Shown in pieces: positions 34,768 to 42,196 of a stretch of 48,303 nt of DNA. The position numbers and the translations under genes were made by a program. Below the pieces are notes generated by a model, which was given only the letters and a program-made list of their open reading frames with translations, searched no databases and had not been told where the DNA came from. Position 1 is the first letter of the stretch. The number at the start of each line of letters is the position of its first letter. Source of the DNA: an uncultured Mycoplasmatota bacterium (lineage in GTDB: Bacteria > Bacillota_I > Bacilli_A > RF39 > UBA660); NCBI GenBank assembly GCA_946639185.1, contig CAMPBR010000003.1, positions 1-48,303 of the forward strand, written 5' to 3'.

Positions 34768-35463
34768 CTAATCTAAATCATTACATATACATATAATTTT
34801 AGGATATTTTTCTAAATAAATACATGCTTCATCTAAACCATTTAAAGTCCATACATATAAAGGATATTTATCTATATACTTATTATAATAATCTATATTA
34901 AGCATTCTTTTATCAATAGCTAAAAAATCAAATGGAATTTTATAAATTAAACCAGTTTTAACAAAAAAATTTAATCCCTTATTTCGACTATTTCTCATAA
35001 CTAATAATCCTACTTTATATTTATTAGTTACTTTTTTTAATTCTTTAACTATAAATGGATTAAATGATTTTAACGTTACATCCCCATTATATTTTTCTAA
35101 CTCATCTAATACTAAACTAACTACTTCTTTAACTCTTTTAGTACTTTTAATTTCAATATCCAAAAAAACTTTACCATTTACTAAGTCTAAAACCTCACTT
35201 AAAGTTGGGATAGTTTCATTAGTATCTAATAATCTTAATTCTTTTATTTCATCATAAGTCATATCTTCAGTTTTTTTACAAACACCAGTCATTCTATTTA
35301 AATTATCATCATGATGTATAACTAATTTACTATCCTTAGTTATTTCAATATCAAACTCTATCGCATATCTTTTATCTATAGCTTTTTTAAAAGCTTTAAT
35401 AGAATTTTCAGGTATATCTTTATTATTATGAACTCCTCTATGCGCAATTATCATATACTTCAC
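34768..35463 (-). CDS. Glycerophosphodiester phosphodiesterase family protein
   Basis: 231 aa. IAHRGVH...PENSIKAF..A......IEFDI..TKD..LVI.HDDNL.R. Confidence 0.85.
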   Translation of the reverse strand: MKYMIIAHRGVHNNKDIPENSIKAFKKAIDKRYAIEFDIEITKDSKLVIHHDDNLNRMTGVCKKTEDMTYDEIKELRLLDTNETIPTLSEVLDLVNGKVFLDIEIKSTKRVKEVVSLVLDELEKYNGDVTLKSFNPFIVKELKKVTNKYKVGLLVMRNSRNKGLNFFVKTGLIYKIPFDFLAIDKRMLNIDYYNKYIDKYPLYVWTLNGLDEACIYLEKYPKIICICNDLD

Positions 35464-35512
35464 CTAATTAAATTATATACTAAAGGAATAGTATTTAAAA
35501 CACCCAAACATC

Positions 35513-35686
35513 TTATTTTTTATTATAAATTATCATAGCAGAAAAACAATATATTTGTTCTTTACCACATACACCTATAGAAACTTGATACTTTATATCT
35601 AATAAATCAATATCATTATCTAAAAAATCATTAATAGCTTCTTCTAAATCTTTTTCACTTTCAAAATCAAATAATTTTACTTTCAT
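35513..35686 (-). CDS. cse60: Sporulation protein Cse60 (YteV)-like
   Basis: 57 aa from ATG 35686. The pattern MKVKLFDFESEKDLEEAINDFL....DLLDIKYQVS......EQIYCFSAMIIY matches my recollection of the Cse60 family. Confidence 0.6.
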   Translation of the reverse strand: MKVKLFDFESEKDLEEAINDFLDNDIDLLDIKYQVSIGVCGKEQIYCFSAMIIYNKK

Positions 35687-35749
35687 ATAATCACCAATCA
35701 AATTATATAAAAATAATATTTAAAAAATTGTCAAAAAAAATACTGCCAA

Positions 35750-36505
35750 TTATCTAGCAGCATAATATGTTTTATTATACCAATCACGTGGTTTAATAAC
35801 TTTACAATTTTTTAAAGCAATTTCTTCTATACTTTCACTATTAATATCACCATAATTATATAATTCTTCTTGTTCTTCTAAAGTCGCATCAGCTTTAGTT
35901 ATAATTCCATTAGGATTAATAGTAATTAATGGTCCAACATGACATACCCCATTTTTTCTATCAAACATTTTTATTTTATTCATGTAAGTAACATAATTAT
36001 CTGGAAAATTAGCCGATCTAGTTATTATTCTAGGTTCCTTACAAAATTCATAAAAATATTTAGATTCCATATACTTCTTAACATGTGTTAAAGTTTCTCT
36101 ATAAATACCCAATCTCTTTAAAGAGTTTTTATGTTCAGTATCTCTTAAAATACTTAATCTAACATCAGCTGTATTAAAAGTATATATTAAATATCTATTA
36201 ATATAATCTAAAAGTCTTATAAAATCTTCATCATACTTAGTACCATTAATAGTTATATCAAGTGTTCTTAATTCCACTCTATTACGAAAAATAGATTTAA
36301 ACATATATTCTAAGGTATCTAAAGCCAATACAGGTTCTCCACCATATATATGTAGATTATTTACTCGATTTAATTGATTGAATGTAATATCAATAACTTC
36401 TGAAGACATATCTAGATTATTATTACTACATACACAATCATGACACTCTAAATTACATTTATTGGTGATTATCATAGCTAAGTTGTTTATATTAATTCTG
36501 TTCAT
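35750..36505 (-). CDS. Radical SAM protein with no SPASM/twitch extension, function unknown
   Basis: 251 aa from ATG 36505 (GGGGTGA RBS). CNLECHDC supplies the CX3CX2C motif, and HIYGGEPVL is the GGEP motif. There is no C-terminal Cys cluster. Confidence 0.7.
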   Translation of the reverse strand: MNRININNLAMIITNKCNLECHDCVCSNNNLDMSSEVIDITFNQLNRVNNLHIYGGEPVLALDTLEYMFKSIFRNRVELRTLDITINGTKYDEDFIRLLDYINRYLIYTFNTADVRLSILRDTEHKNSLKRLGIYRETLTHVKKYMESKYFYEFCKEPRIITRSANFPDNYVTYMNKIKMFDRKNGVCHVGPLITINPNGIITKADATLEEQEELYNYGDINSESIEEIALKNCKVIKPRDWYNKTYYAAR

Positions 36506-36577
36506 ATTATCACCCCAATCGCCTACATTATAACATGGTAACAATTAGTTTTCTATATGTTTACATATTTTTTACAA

Positions 36578-37384
36578 TTATTTCTTATCTTCAAGTTCTT
36601 TCACATTACTTTTAGGAGTTGGCAAATCTTCTGGCATTGTTCCACCAAGTTTCCTAATTGAATTTCTTACTTCTTTACCAACACTATAATGCGTAGAATT
36701 AGCATCATATTCATTATCTACTTTATCTCTTTTTAATTTGGCTTCAGTTTGCGTTATTCTAAAAATATTAGCACCTAACTCTTCACTACCCATATAATCC
36801 AATATATCTTCCCTATACTTAAGTTTCTTTCTTTTAAATATATCATTGGCTGTCTCACCATTATAAAGTCCCTTATATCCAGCATTATGAAATTCCGCCA
36901 TATTTTTAACACCAGAGGCTATAGCCGTTCTATTTAAACCAAAATTTAAACTTTTAACTCTTTTTCTGTTTCTAATTCGTTTTTCATCTTCACTAAGTTT
37001 ACTATATTCTTCTTCCAATAGTTCTTGTTTCCTTGTTTGATGAGCAAAATAAGTTTGAGCAAGAGCAATAGTTTTCTTCCTAGAATCACCATTTTGAGCA
37101 ATTAAATAACACGCATAACGTGATAGATGATAATCCTTGATTATTTCTTTTTTCCCTTTACCTGTAGTTATTGGCTTGTCGGCACCGACAAACCAATCAT
37201 TATCATTATTACCAGATTTTACACAAGCAATTTTGGCCTTATCAATTACTCCATTAAACTTTCTCCATTCAGTATAATCTAGTACTTTTTGAAGTTCCCT
37301 TGCACTCCAATATTCATTACCATCTTCATCAAAATGTTTAATACTATCAAAAATACTTGCTGTATAATTTTCTAAATTTTCCAT
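36578..37384 (-). CDS. dinD: DNA damage-inducible protein D (DinD, Bro-N-like domain)
   Basis: 268 aa. ...EYWSARELQKVLDYTEWRKF..VIDKAKIAC..SG......LSRYACYLIAQNGDSRK..IALAQTYFAHQTRKQELLEE parallels E. coli DinD along its length. Confidence 0.8.
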   Translation of the reverse strand: MENLENYTASIFDSIKHFDEDGNEYWSARELQKVLDYTEWRKFNGVIDKAKIACVKSGNNDNDWFVGADKPITTGKGKKEIIKDYHLSRYACYLIAQNGDSRKKTIALAQTYFAHQTRKQELLEEEYSKLSEDEKRIRNRKRVKSLNFGLNRTAIASGVKNMAEFHNAGYKGLYNGETANDIFKRKKLKYREDILDYMGSEELGANIFRITQTEAKLKRDKVDNEYDANSTHYSVGKEVRNSIRKLGGTMPEDLPTPKSNVKELEDKK

Positions 37385-37563
37385 AAAATTCCTCCTGTAA
37401 AAGCACTATAACACATACAAAAAAAGTAAACAAATTGCTATTTTAAAATATTAAAGCAAACAAAAAGAAGAAAAATTAATTTTCTTCTATACTTTATTCA
37501 AATTTCAACTAACCTTTAAATCTAAAATTCAAATTTCAGCAAATATATTTTTTTACATTTAAA

Positions 37564-37592
37564 TTGATAAAAAAATTATACTATGTTAAAAT
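37564..37592 (+). promoter_or_regulatory. SigA-type promoter of secreted-protein gene B1
   Basis: TTGATA (37564..37569), 17 nt, TGT-TAAAAT (extended -10, 37587..37592). Confidence 0.6.
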
Positions 37593-37599
37593 AAAACTA

Positions 37600-37762
37600 G
37601 GTGATAATATGAAGGTGTTTAAGAACCCAATCTTCATGTTTATTCTCGGTGTCTTTATTTCAAATGGGATTATGGTTTTTGCTGAATACGTAATTTCAGC
37701 TGATAAAATTGAGTATTCTACAAATATTTCTGTAAAAGATAAGATTGATGATTTATATACTA
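37600..37762 (+). repeat. Direct repeat B, copy 1 (163 nt): RBS plus the first 51 codons
   Basis: Reads 100% identical to 38390..38552 (offset 790). The flanking sequence on both sides is divergent. Confidence 0.9.
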
Positions 37763-38265
37763 AAGTTAAACCAACTTATACTGGTAGTACAATAGTAAAT
37801 CCTATTACTGGTTCTAATCCACTTATCTTACAAACTGCAGGCAAAATACTAAATAATGATATTACTATCAATCCGATACCAAATAGTTTTACAGATGTAT
37901 CTTTATCAACTATAACTAGTACCGATGATATAATGTCAGGAAAGAAAGCATATAAACCAGATGGTACTCTAATAACAGGTACAGGAAATAAAAGTATTAT
38001 ACAAAATTTCTCAATAGATTCCAATTATAGTAACTCTACATATAAATTTGAATTAGGATTCCAACCTAGTTTAATATACATAGCATGGCAAAATGGTTAT
38101 TGCTGGATATATGTTAATAATAAGCAATATGTATATAATACTACAAATGGTACCGGTTATAATTCATCATTTGATGGTATGATAATAACAAATACTGGTT
38201 TCAATATGAATGTTACCAAATACCAAATACAAGGAATGTCTGGTACAATGTATGTAATGAATTAA
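37609..38265 (+). CDS. Secreted modular protein B1
   Basis: 218 aa from ATG 37609 (GGTGATAAT RBS). Signal peptide ...GIMVFA/EY. Motifs IEYSTNISVKDKIDDLYT and DIMSGKKAYKPDGTLITGT. Unique C-terminal module. Confidence 0.8.
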   Translation: MKVFKNPIFMFILGVFISNGIMVFAEYVISADKIEYSTNISVKDKIDDLYTKVKPTYTGSTIVNPITGSNPLILQTAGKILNNDITINPIPNSFTDVSLSTITSTDDIMSGKKAYKPDGTLITGTGNKSIIQNFSIDSNYSNSTYKFELGFQPSLIYIAWQNGYCWIYVNNKQYVYNTTNGTGYNSSFDGMIITNTGFNMNVTKYQIQGMSGTMYVMN

Positions 38266-38269
38266 AAAA

Positions 38270-38296
38270 GGTTAGTAGAATTTCTACTAACCTTTT
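38270..38296 (+). terminator. Terminator after B1
   Basis: Perfect 10-bp stem GGTTAGTAGA/TCTACTAACC (38270..38279 / 38283..38292) plus TTTT. Confidence 0.8.
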
Positions 38297-38327
38297 ACTA
38301 CGATATTAACAATCTTACCTTTAATAA
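38280..38327 (-). pseudogene. Orphan copy of the leuS 3' end (last 13 codons, the stop, and half of the terminator)
   Basis: 48 nt identical to 39089..39136 (offset 809). The minus strand encodes ...IKGKIVNIVVKG*, the same as the LeuS C-terminus, with no leuS body attached. Confidence 0.85.
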
Positions 38328-38352
38328 TGTTATTTTTTATATTTAATTTAAT

Positions 38353-38381
38353 TTGACTTACTAACAACCATATGCTAGAAT
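38353..38381 (+). promoter_or_regulatory. SigA-type promoter of secreted-protein gene B2
   Basis: TTGACT (38353..38358), 17 nt, TGC-TAGAAT (38376..38381). Confidence 0.6.
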
Positions 38382-38389
38382 TATAGTAA

Positions 38390-38552
38390 GGTGATAATAT
38401 GAAGGTGTTTAAGAACCCAATCTTCATGTTTATTCTCGGTGTCTTTATTTCAAATGGGATTATGGTTTTTGCTGAATACGTAATTTCAGCTGATAAAATT
38501 GAGTATTCTACAAATATTTCTGTAAAAGATAAGATTGATGATTTATATACTA
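38390..38552 (+). repeat. Direct repeat B, copy 2
   Basis: See copy 1. Confidence 0.9.
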
Positions 38553-39040
38553 CTGCCAATAATACTTTAGCAACTAAAGAGCAAACAATATCTACATTAT
38601 CTGGACAAGTTAATTCATTACAAGAAGAACTAGATAGTTTAGAAGATGATATTTCAACTGGAACAAAAGAAATAACAGCAAATGGTCAACAAACATTAGA
38701 TAAATATTATAAAAAAGTTAACGTTAATGTTCCATTAGATATAAAAAGTGGATTAAGTGGAAAAACTAGTTTTGGTCAAAAAGGAGTTAGTTGGAGTGGA
38801 TTTACCGTAAATCATAAATATTTAGCATTATATTCAAGTGTATACTTTGCATATGGAACACAAGCATATTTAAATTCTGGTGCTAAAGATATAGAAATTC
38901 TTGCTTCTACTAGCATTACTAAAAATTCAGTTTGGAATTTATGTTCCGTTATAACATTTACAGCTACTAGTTCTACAGTAAGTTTATATTATGAGGGTTC
39001 AACAGATTATTACTTTATGAAGTTTATTGATATAACCTAA
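38399..39040 (+). CDS. Secreted modular protein B2
   Basis: 213 aa. The first 51 aa are identical to B1. A short coiled coil follows (LSGQVNSLQEELDSLEDDIS), then ITANGQQTLDKYYKKVNVNVP and a unique C-terminal module. Confidence 0.8.
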   Translation: MKVFKNPIFMFILGVFISNGIMVFAEYVISADKIEYSTNISVKDKIDDLYTTANNTLATKEQTISTLSGQVNSLQEELDSLEDDISTGTKEITANGQQTLDKYYKKVNVNVPLDIKSGLSGKTSFGQKGVSWSGFTVNHKYLALYSSVYFAYGTQAYLNSGAKDIEILASTSITKNSVWNLCSVITFTATSSTVSLYYEGSTDYYFMKFIDIT

Positions 39041-39046
39041 TCTATT

Positions 39047-39069
39047 AGAAGGGCTATCCTTCTTTTTTT
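39047..39069 (+). terminator. Terminator after B2
   Basis: Stem AGAAGG/CCTTCT (39047..39052 / 39058..39063) followed by a T-run. Confidence 0.6.
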
Positions 39070-39071
39070 AT

Positions 39072-39102
39072 ACGAAAAAAAGATTAGTATTTCTACTAAC
39101 CT
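39072..39102 (-). terminator. leuS terminator
   Basis: Stem AGATTAGTA/TACTAACCT (39081..39089 / 39094..39102, one mismatch) overlapping the TAG stop, with an A-run on the plus strand (a U-run on the minus transcript). Confidence 0.65.
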
Positions 39103-41501
39103 TTTACTACGATATTAACAATCTTACCTTTAATAACGATTGTCTTTAAAATTTCATTACCATCTGTATATTTCTTAACATTATCGCAAGCTAATGCTTT
39201 TTCTAAAATAACTTCATCACTATCATTAATATTTACATTAATAGTAGCTCTTACTTTACCATTTACTTGAACAGCTATAGTCTTCTCTTCATCAACTAAC
39301 TTAGATTCTTCATAAGTTGGCCAAGTAGATTCACAGAATGGTTTACCTAAATTATATTCTTCATTTAACTCTTCAGTAATATGAGGAGCAACTGGATTTA
39401 ATAAATGTAAGAATGTACGATAATCAGCTTTTGTAATACTATCCATCTTATCCATTGTATTAGATAAAATCATTAATGCTGAAATAGCAGTATTAAATTT
39501 AAGACTATCCATATCCTCTGTAACTTTTTTAACAGTTTTGTGGATATCTTTTTCTAATTCTTTACTATATTCATTATTATCAACAACTTTTTCACCTAAA
39601 CGAACAATCTTATCTAAGAAACGTTTAGCTCCTGCTACACCTTGTTCACTCCATGTAGCTTCTTTTTCATAATCACCAATAAACATTTCATAAACTCGAA
39701 GTGTATCAGCTCCATAAGCATCTACGATTTCATCAGGATTAATAACGTTACCAAGAGATTTACTCATCTTAACGCCACCTTCACCTAAAATCATACCATG
39801 ACTAGCTCTTACTTTAAATGGTTCCTTATTTGGAACTAATCCTTCATTATATAAGAATTGATTCCAGAATCTAGCATAAAGTAAATGACGTGTAGCATGT
39901 TCCATACCACCATTATACCAATCTACTTTTCCCCAATATTCAAGTGCTTCACGAGAAACAAATTCTTTTTCATTATGAGGATCCATATATCTTAAGAAAT
40001 ACCAAGATGAACCTGCCCAGTTAGGCATTGTATCAGTTTCTCTCTTAGCAGGTTTTCCACAATGAGGACAAGTAGTATTTACAAACTCAGGAATACGAGC
40101 AAGTGGACTTTCTCCATCATCAGTAGGCTCATATTCAGCAACATTTGGTAACACTACTGGTAAATCTTTTTCATCTACAGGTACCCAGCCACAATCCTCA
40201 CAATAAACTAGAGGGATTGGCTCTCCCCAGAATCTTTGACGAGTAAAGATCCAATCTTGAAGTTTAAAATTAGTTTTCTTACGACCAATACCCTTTTCTT
40301 CAAGATACTCTATCATCTTATTAATAGAATCTTTTTTATTATCAAATCCATTTAAGAAATCAGAATTAACCATTTCACCATCTTCAGTATAAGCAGCTTT
40401 TGATATATCTCCACCCTTAATTACTTCAATAATATCAATTCCAAATTTCTTTGCGAAATCATAATCTCTAGCATCATGAGCAGGAACAGCCATAATAGCT
40501 CCAGTTCCATAATTCATCATTACATAATCAGAAATATAAATTGGAATTTCTTTTCCATTGACTGGATTAATTGCTGATAATCCATCTAACTTAACACCAG
40601 TTTTATCTTTAACTAATTGCGTACGTTCAAATTCACTTTTCTTATTAGCTTGTTCACGATAATCAATTACTTCATTCATATTCTTAATTAATCCACCATA
40701 TAGATCAATGTAAGGATGTTCAGGAGCAACTACCATAAATGTAACTCCAAATAATGTATCTGGACGAGTTGTATAAATAGTTAACTTTTCATCTACTTGT
40801 TTAAGTTTAAAATCAACTTCAGCACCTGTAGATTTACCTATCCAATTAATTTGAGCAACCTTAGTTTTTTCTTGAAACTCTGTATCATCAAGGCCATCTA
40901 TTAATTGTTGTGCATAATCACTCATTCTAAGAACCCATTGTTCTTTTTCTTTTTGAACAACTTGACTACCACATCTTTCACATACTCCACCACTAGAATC
41001 TTCATTAGATAATCCCATTTTACATTTAGGACACCAATTTATATTCTTTTTAGCCTTATAAGCCATACCCTTTTTAAAGAATTGTAAGAATTGCCATTGA
41101 GTCCATTTATAATATTCAGGATCAGTTGTTGAAAACTCACGTTCCCAATCAAAAGAAATACCTAATCTTTGAATTTGAGCTTTAAATGTTTTAATATTTT
41201 CTTTTACAGCAATACTAGGATGTATATGATTCTTAATAGCATATTGTTCAGCAGGAGCTCCAAATGCATCCCATCCCATTGGGAATAATACATTATATCC
41301 TTGCATTCTCTTTTTACGAGCTAAACTATCAAGAGCAGTATAACTTCTTACATGTCCAACATGAAGACCTGCTCCAGATGGATAAGGAAATTCTACTAAA
41401 TAATAATATTTTTCTTTATTTTTATCAATTTCAGCATGGAAAGTTTTATTATCTTCCCAATACTTTTGCCACTTTTCTTCTAATCTTTTAGTACTTATCA
41501 T
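39096..41501 (-). CDS. leuS: Leucyl-tRNA synthetase
   Basis: 801 aa. HVGH (HIGH) motif, a KMSKS motif (VKMSKS), a CP1 editing domain and a Zn-finger CPKC...CERC. Confidence 0.97.
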   Translation of the reverse strand: MISTKRLEEKWQKYWEDNKTFHAEIDKNKEKYYYLVEFPYPSGAGLHVGHVRSYTALDSLARKKRMQGYNVLFPMGWDAFGAPAEQYAIKNHIHPSIAVKENIKTFKAQIQRLGISFDWEREFSTTDPEYYKWTQWQFLQFFKKGMAYKAKKNINWCPKCKMGLSNEDSSGGVCERCGSQVVQKEKEQWVLRMSDYAQQLIDGLDDTEFQEKTKVAQINWIGKSTGAEVDFKLKQVDEKLTIYTTRPDTLFGVTFMVVAPEHPYIDLYGGLIKNMNEVIDYREQANKKSEFERTQLVKDKTGVKLDGLSAINPVNGKEIPIYISDYVMMNYGTGAIMAVPAHDARDYDFAKKFGIDIIEVIKGGDISKAAYTEDGEMVNSDFLNGFDNKKDSINKMIEYLEEKGIGRKKTNFKLQDWIFTRQRFWGEPIPLVYCEDCGWVPVDEKDLPVVLPNVAEYEPTDDGESPLARIPEFVNTTCPHCGKPAKRETDTMPNWAGSSWYFLRYMDPHNEKEFVSREALEYWGKVDWYNGGMEHATRHLLYARFWNQFLYNEGLVPNKEPFKVRASHGMILGEGGVKMSKSLGNVINPDEIVDAYGADTLRVYEMFIGDYEKEATWSEQGVAGAKRFLDKIVRLGEKVVDNNEYSKELEKDIHKTVKKVTEDMDSLKFNTAISALMILSNTMDKMDSITKADYRTFLHLLNPVAPHITEELNEEYNLGKPFCESTWPTYEESKLVDEEKTIAVQVNGKVRATINVNINDSDEVILEKALACDNVKKYTDGNEILKTIVIKGKIVNIVVKG

Positions 41502-41502
41502 A

Positions 41503-41958
41503 TTATTTCACCTTTTTCTTTCTTCTTATTTTATTTTCTTTTTTAGCCTCTTTTTTACTATCTTTTTCTTTTAACTTTTCTAAATACTTCTTTTCTTTTT
41601 CTAATTCCTTAGAATTATCTTTTGTTTGTTTCTTTTGATAAAACTTACCAAGTAACATAAATGTAATAGCTATAATAGGAATTATTATAATTAAACTAAA
41701 TAATATCTGCCAAATAACTCTACTATCAATTACAGCTACCAAAGTAGCAACCAATGCTACATCAAAACTTGTAACTAATCCAACTATTTTTATAAATTTA
41801 CGATAACTAAATTTATTAACATCTAGCTTATATAAATTTATTAAATAATTAGCTTCACTTGGTACTTTTTCTCCTCTTACAGTTCTTCTAATAAACCATA
41901 CATAATATATACAATATATCAGTATATAATCAAAAATAAACCATCCAAGTATTTCCAT
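41503..41958 (-). CDS. Small membrane protein (about 3 TM helices plus a Lys/Glu-rich tail) co-transcribed with leuS
   Basis: 151 aa with a GGAGG RBS. Its stop TAA lies 1 nt before the leuS ATG, and the leuS RBS lies inside its 3' end. It sits between the Leu T-box and leuS. Confidence 0.6.
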   Translation of the reverse strand: MEILGWFIFDYILIYCIYYVWFIRRTVRGEKVPSEANYLINLYKLDVNKFSYRKFIKIVGLVTSFDVALVATLVAVIDSRVIWQILFSLIIIIPIIAITFMLLGKFYQKKQTKDNSKELEKEKKYLEKLKEKDSKKEAKKENKIRRKKKVK

Positions 41959-41971
41959 AAAACCTCCATAA

Positions 41972-42161
41972 AAAGAAAAAAGGTGATACCTAAAGGACGA
42001 ACATGTCGTGGTACCACCTTATTTTATACTCTAAACTGATATAGGAGTCACCCTAATTCACTCAAAGAAGCAAGTTCATATAAACATTATTATCTACTTA
42101 CACCAACCATAGACTCTCTTCAAATAATTTTTATATTACTACTCTTCCATCAACATGAAAC
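41972..42161 (-). promoter_or_regulatory. T-box riboswitch leader, Leu specifier
   Basis: On the minus strand AAGGTGGTACCACG lies at 42020..42007. The terminator pairs AAGGTGGTACC with GGTATCACCTT and has a U-run (41981..41976). An AGAGAG box is present, and the specifier candidate GAA-CUU-G places CUU at 42074..42072. Confidence 0.8.
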
Positions 42162-42167
42162 AAACTT

Positions 42168-42196
42168 ATTATACTAAATTGTTCCCATATATTCAA
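42168..42196 (-). promoter_or_regulatory. SigA-type promoter of the T-box / membrane protein / leuS unit
   Basis: On the minus strand: TTGAAT (42196..42191), 17 nt, TATAAT (42173..42168). It overlaps the 3' end of the GH31 gene. Confidence 0.6.

Noticed and set aside
35513-36505. RiPP hypothesis: the radical SAM enzyme maturing the adjacent 57-62 aa peptide
   Set aside because: The small protein matches the widespread sporulation protein Cse60 (YteV) along its whole length. It has its own promoter-like region in the 63-nt gap. The radical SAM protein lacks SPASM/twitch auxiliary-cluster cysteines. No transporter or protease genes are adjacent.
37776-38024. 82-aa antisense ORF inside gene B1
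   Set aside because: It lies entirely within, and antisense to, a better-supported CDS. It has no RBS. Open frames of this kind are frequent by chance in AT-rich coding DNA.
38287-38559. 90-aa minus-strand ORF from the six-frame track
   Set aside because: It is a chimera. Its C-terminus is the orphan 13-codon leuS fragment, and the rest runs antisense through the promoter, RBS and signal-peptide region of gene B2. It has no RBS and an implausible composition, so I treated it as a by-product of the leuS-tail duplication.
38270-39136. Integron-like gene cassette, with the hairpin plus 48-nt repeat acting as an attC/att site
   Set aside because: No integrase or attI-like context is visible in the 48 kb. 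The hairpins are adequately explained as the terminators of B1 and leuS. I keep this only as a remote possibility under the locus B finding.
41264-41491. 75-aa plus-strand ORF inside leuS
   Set aside because: It is antisense to leuS.
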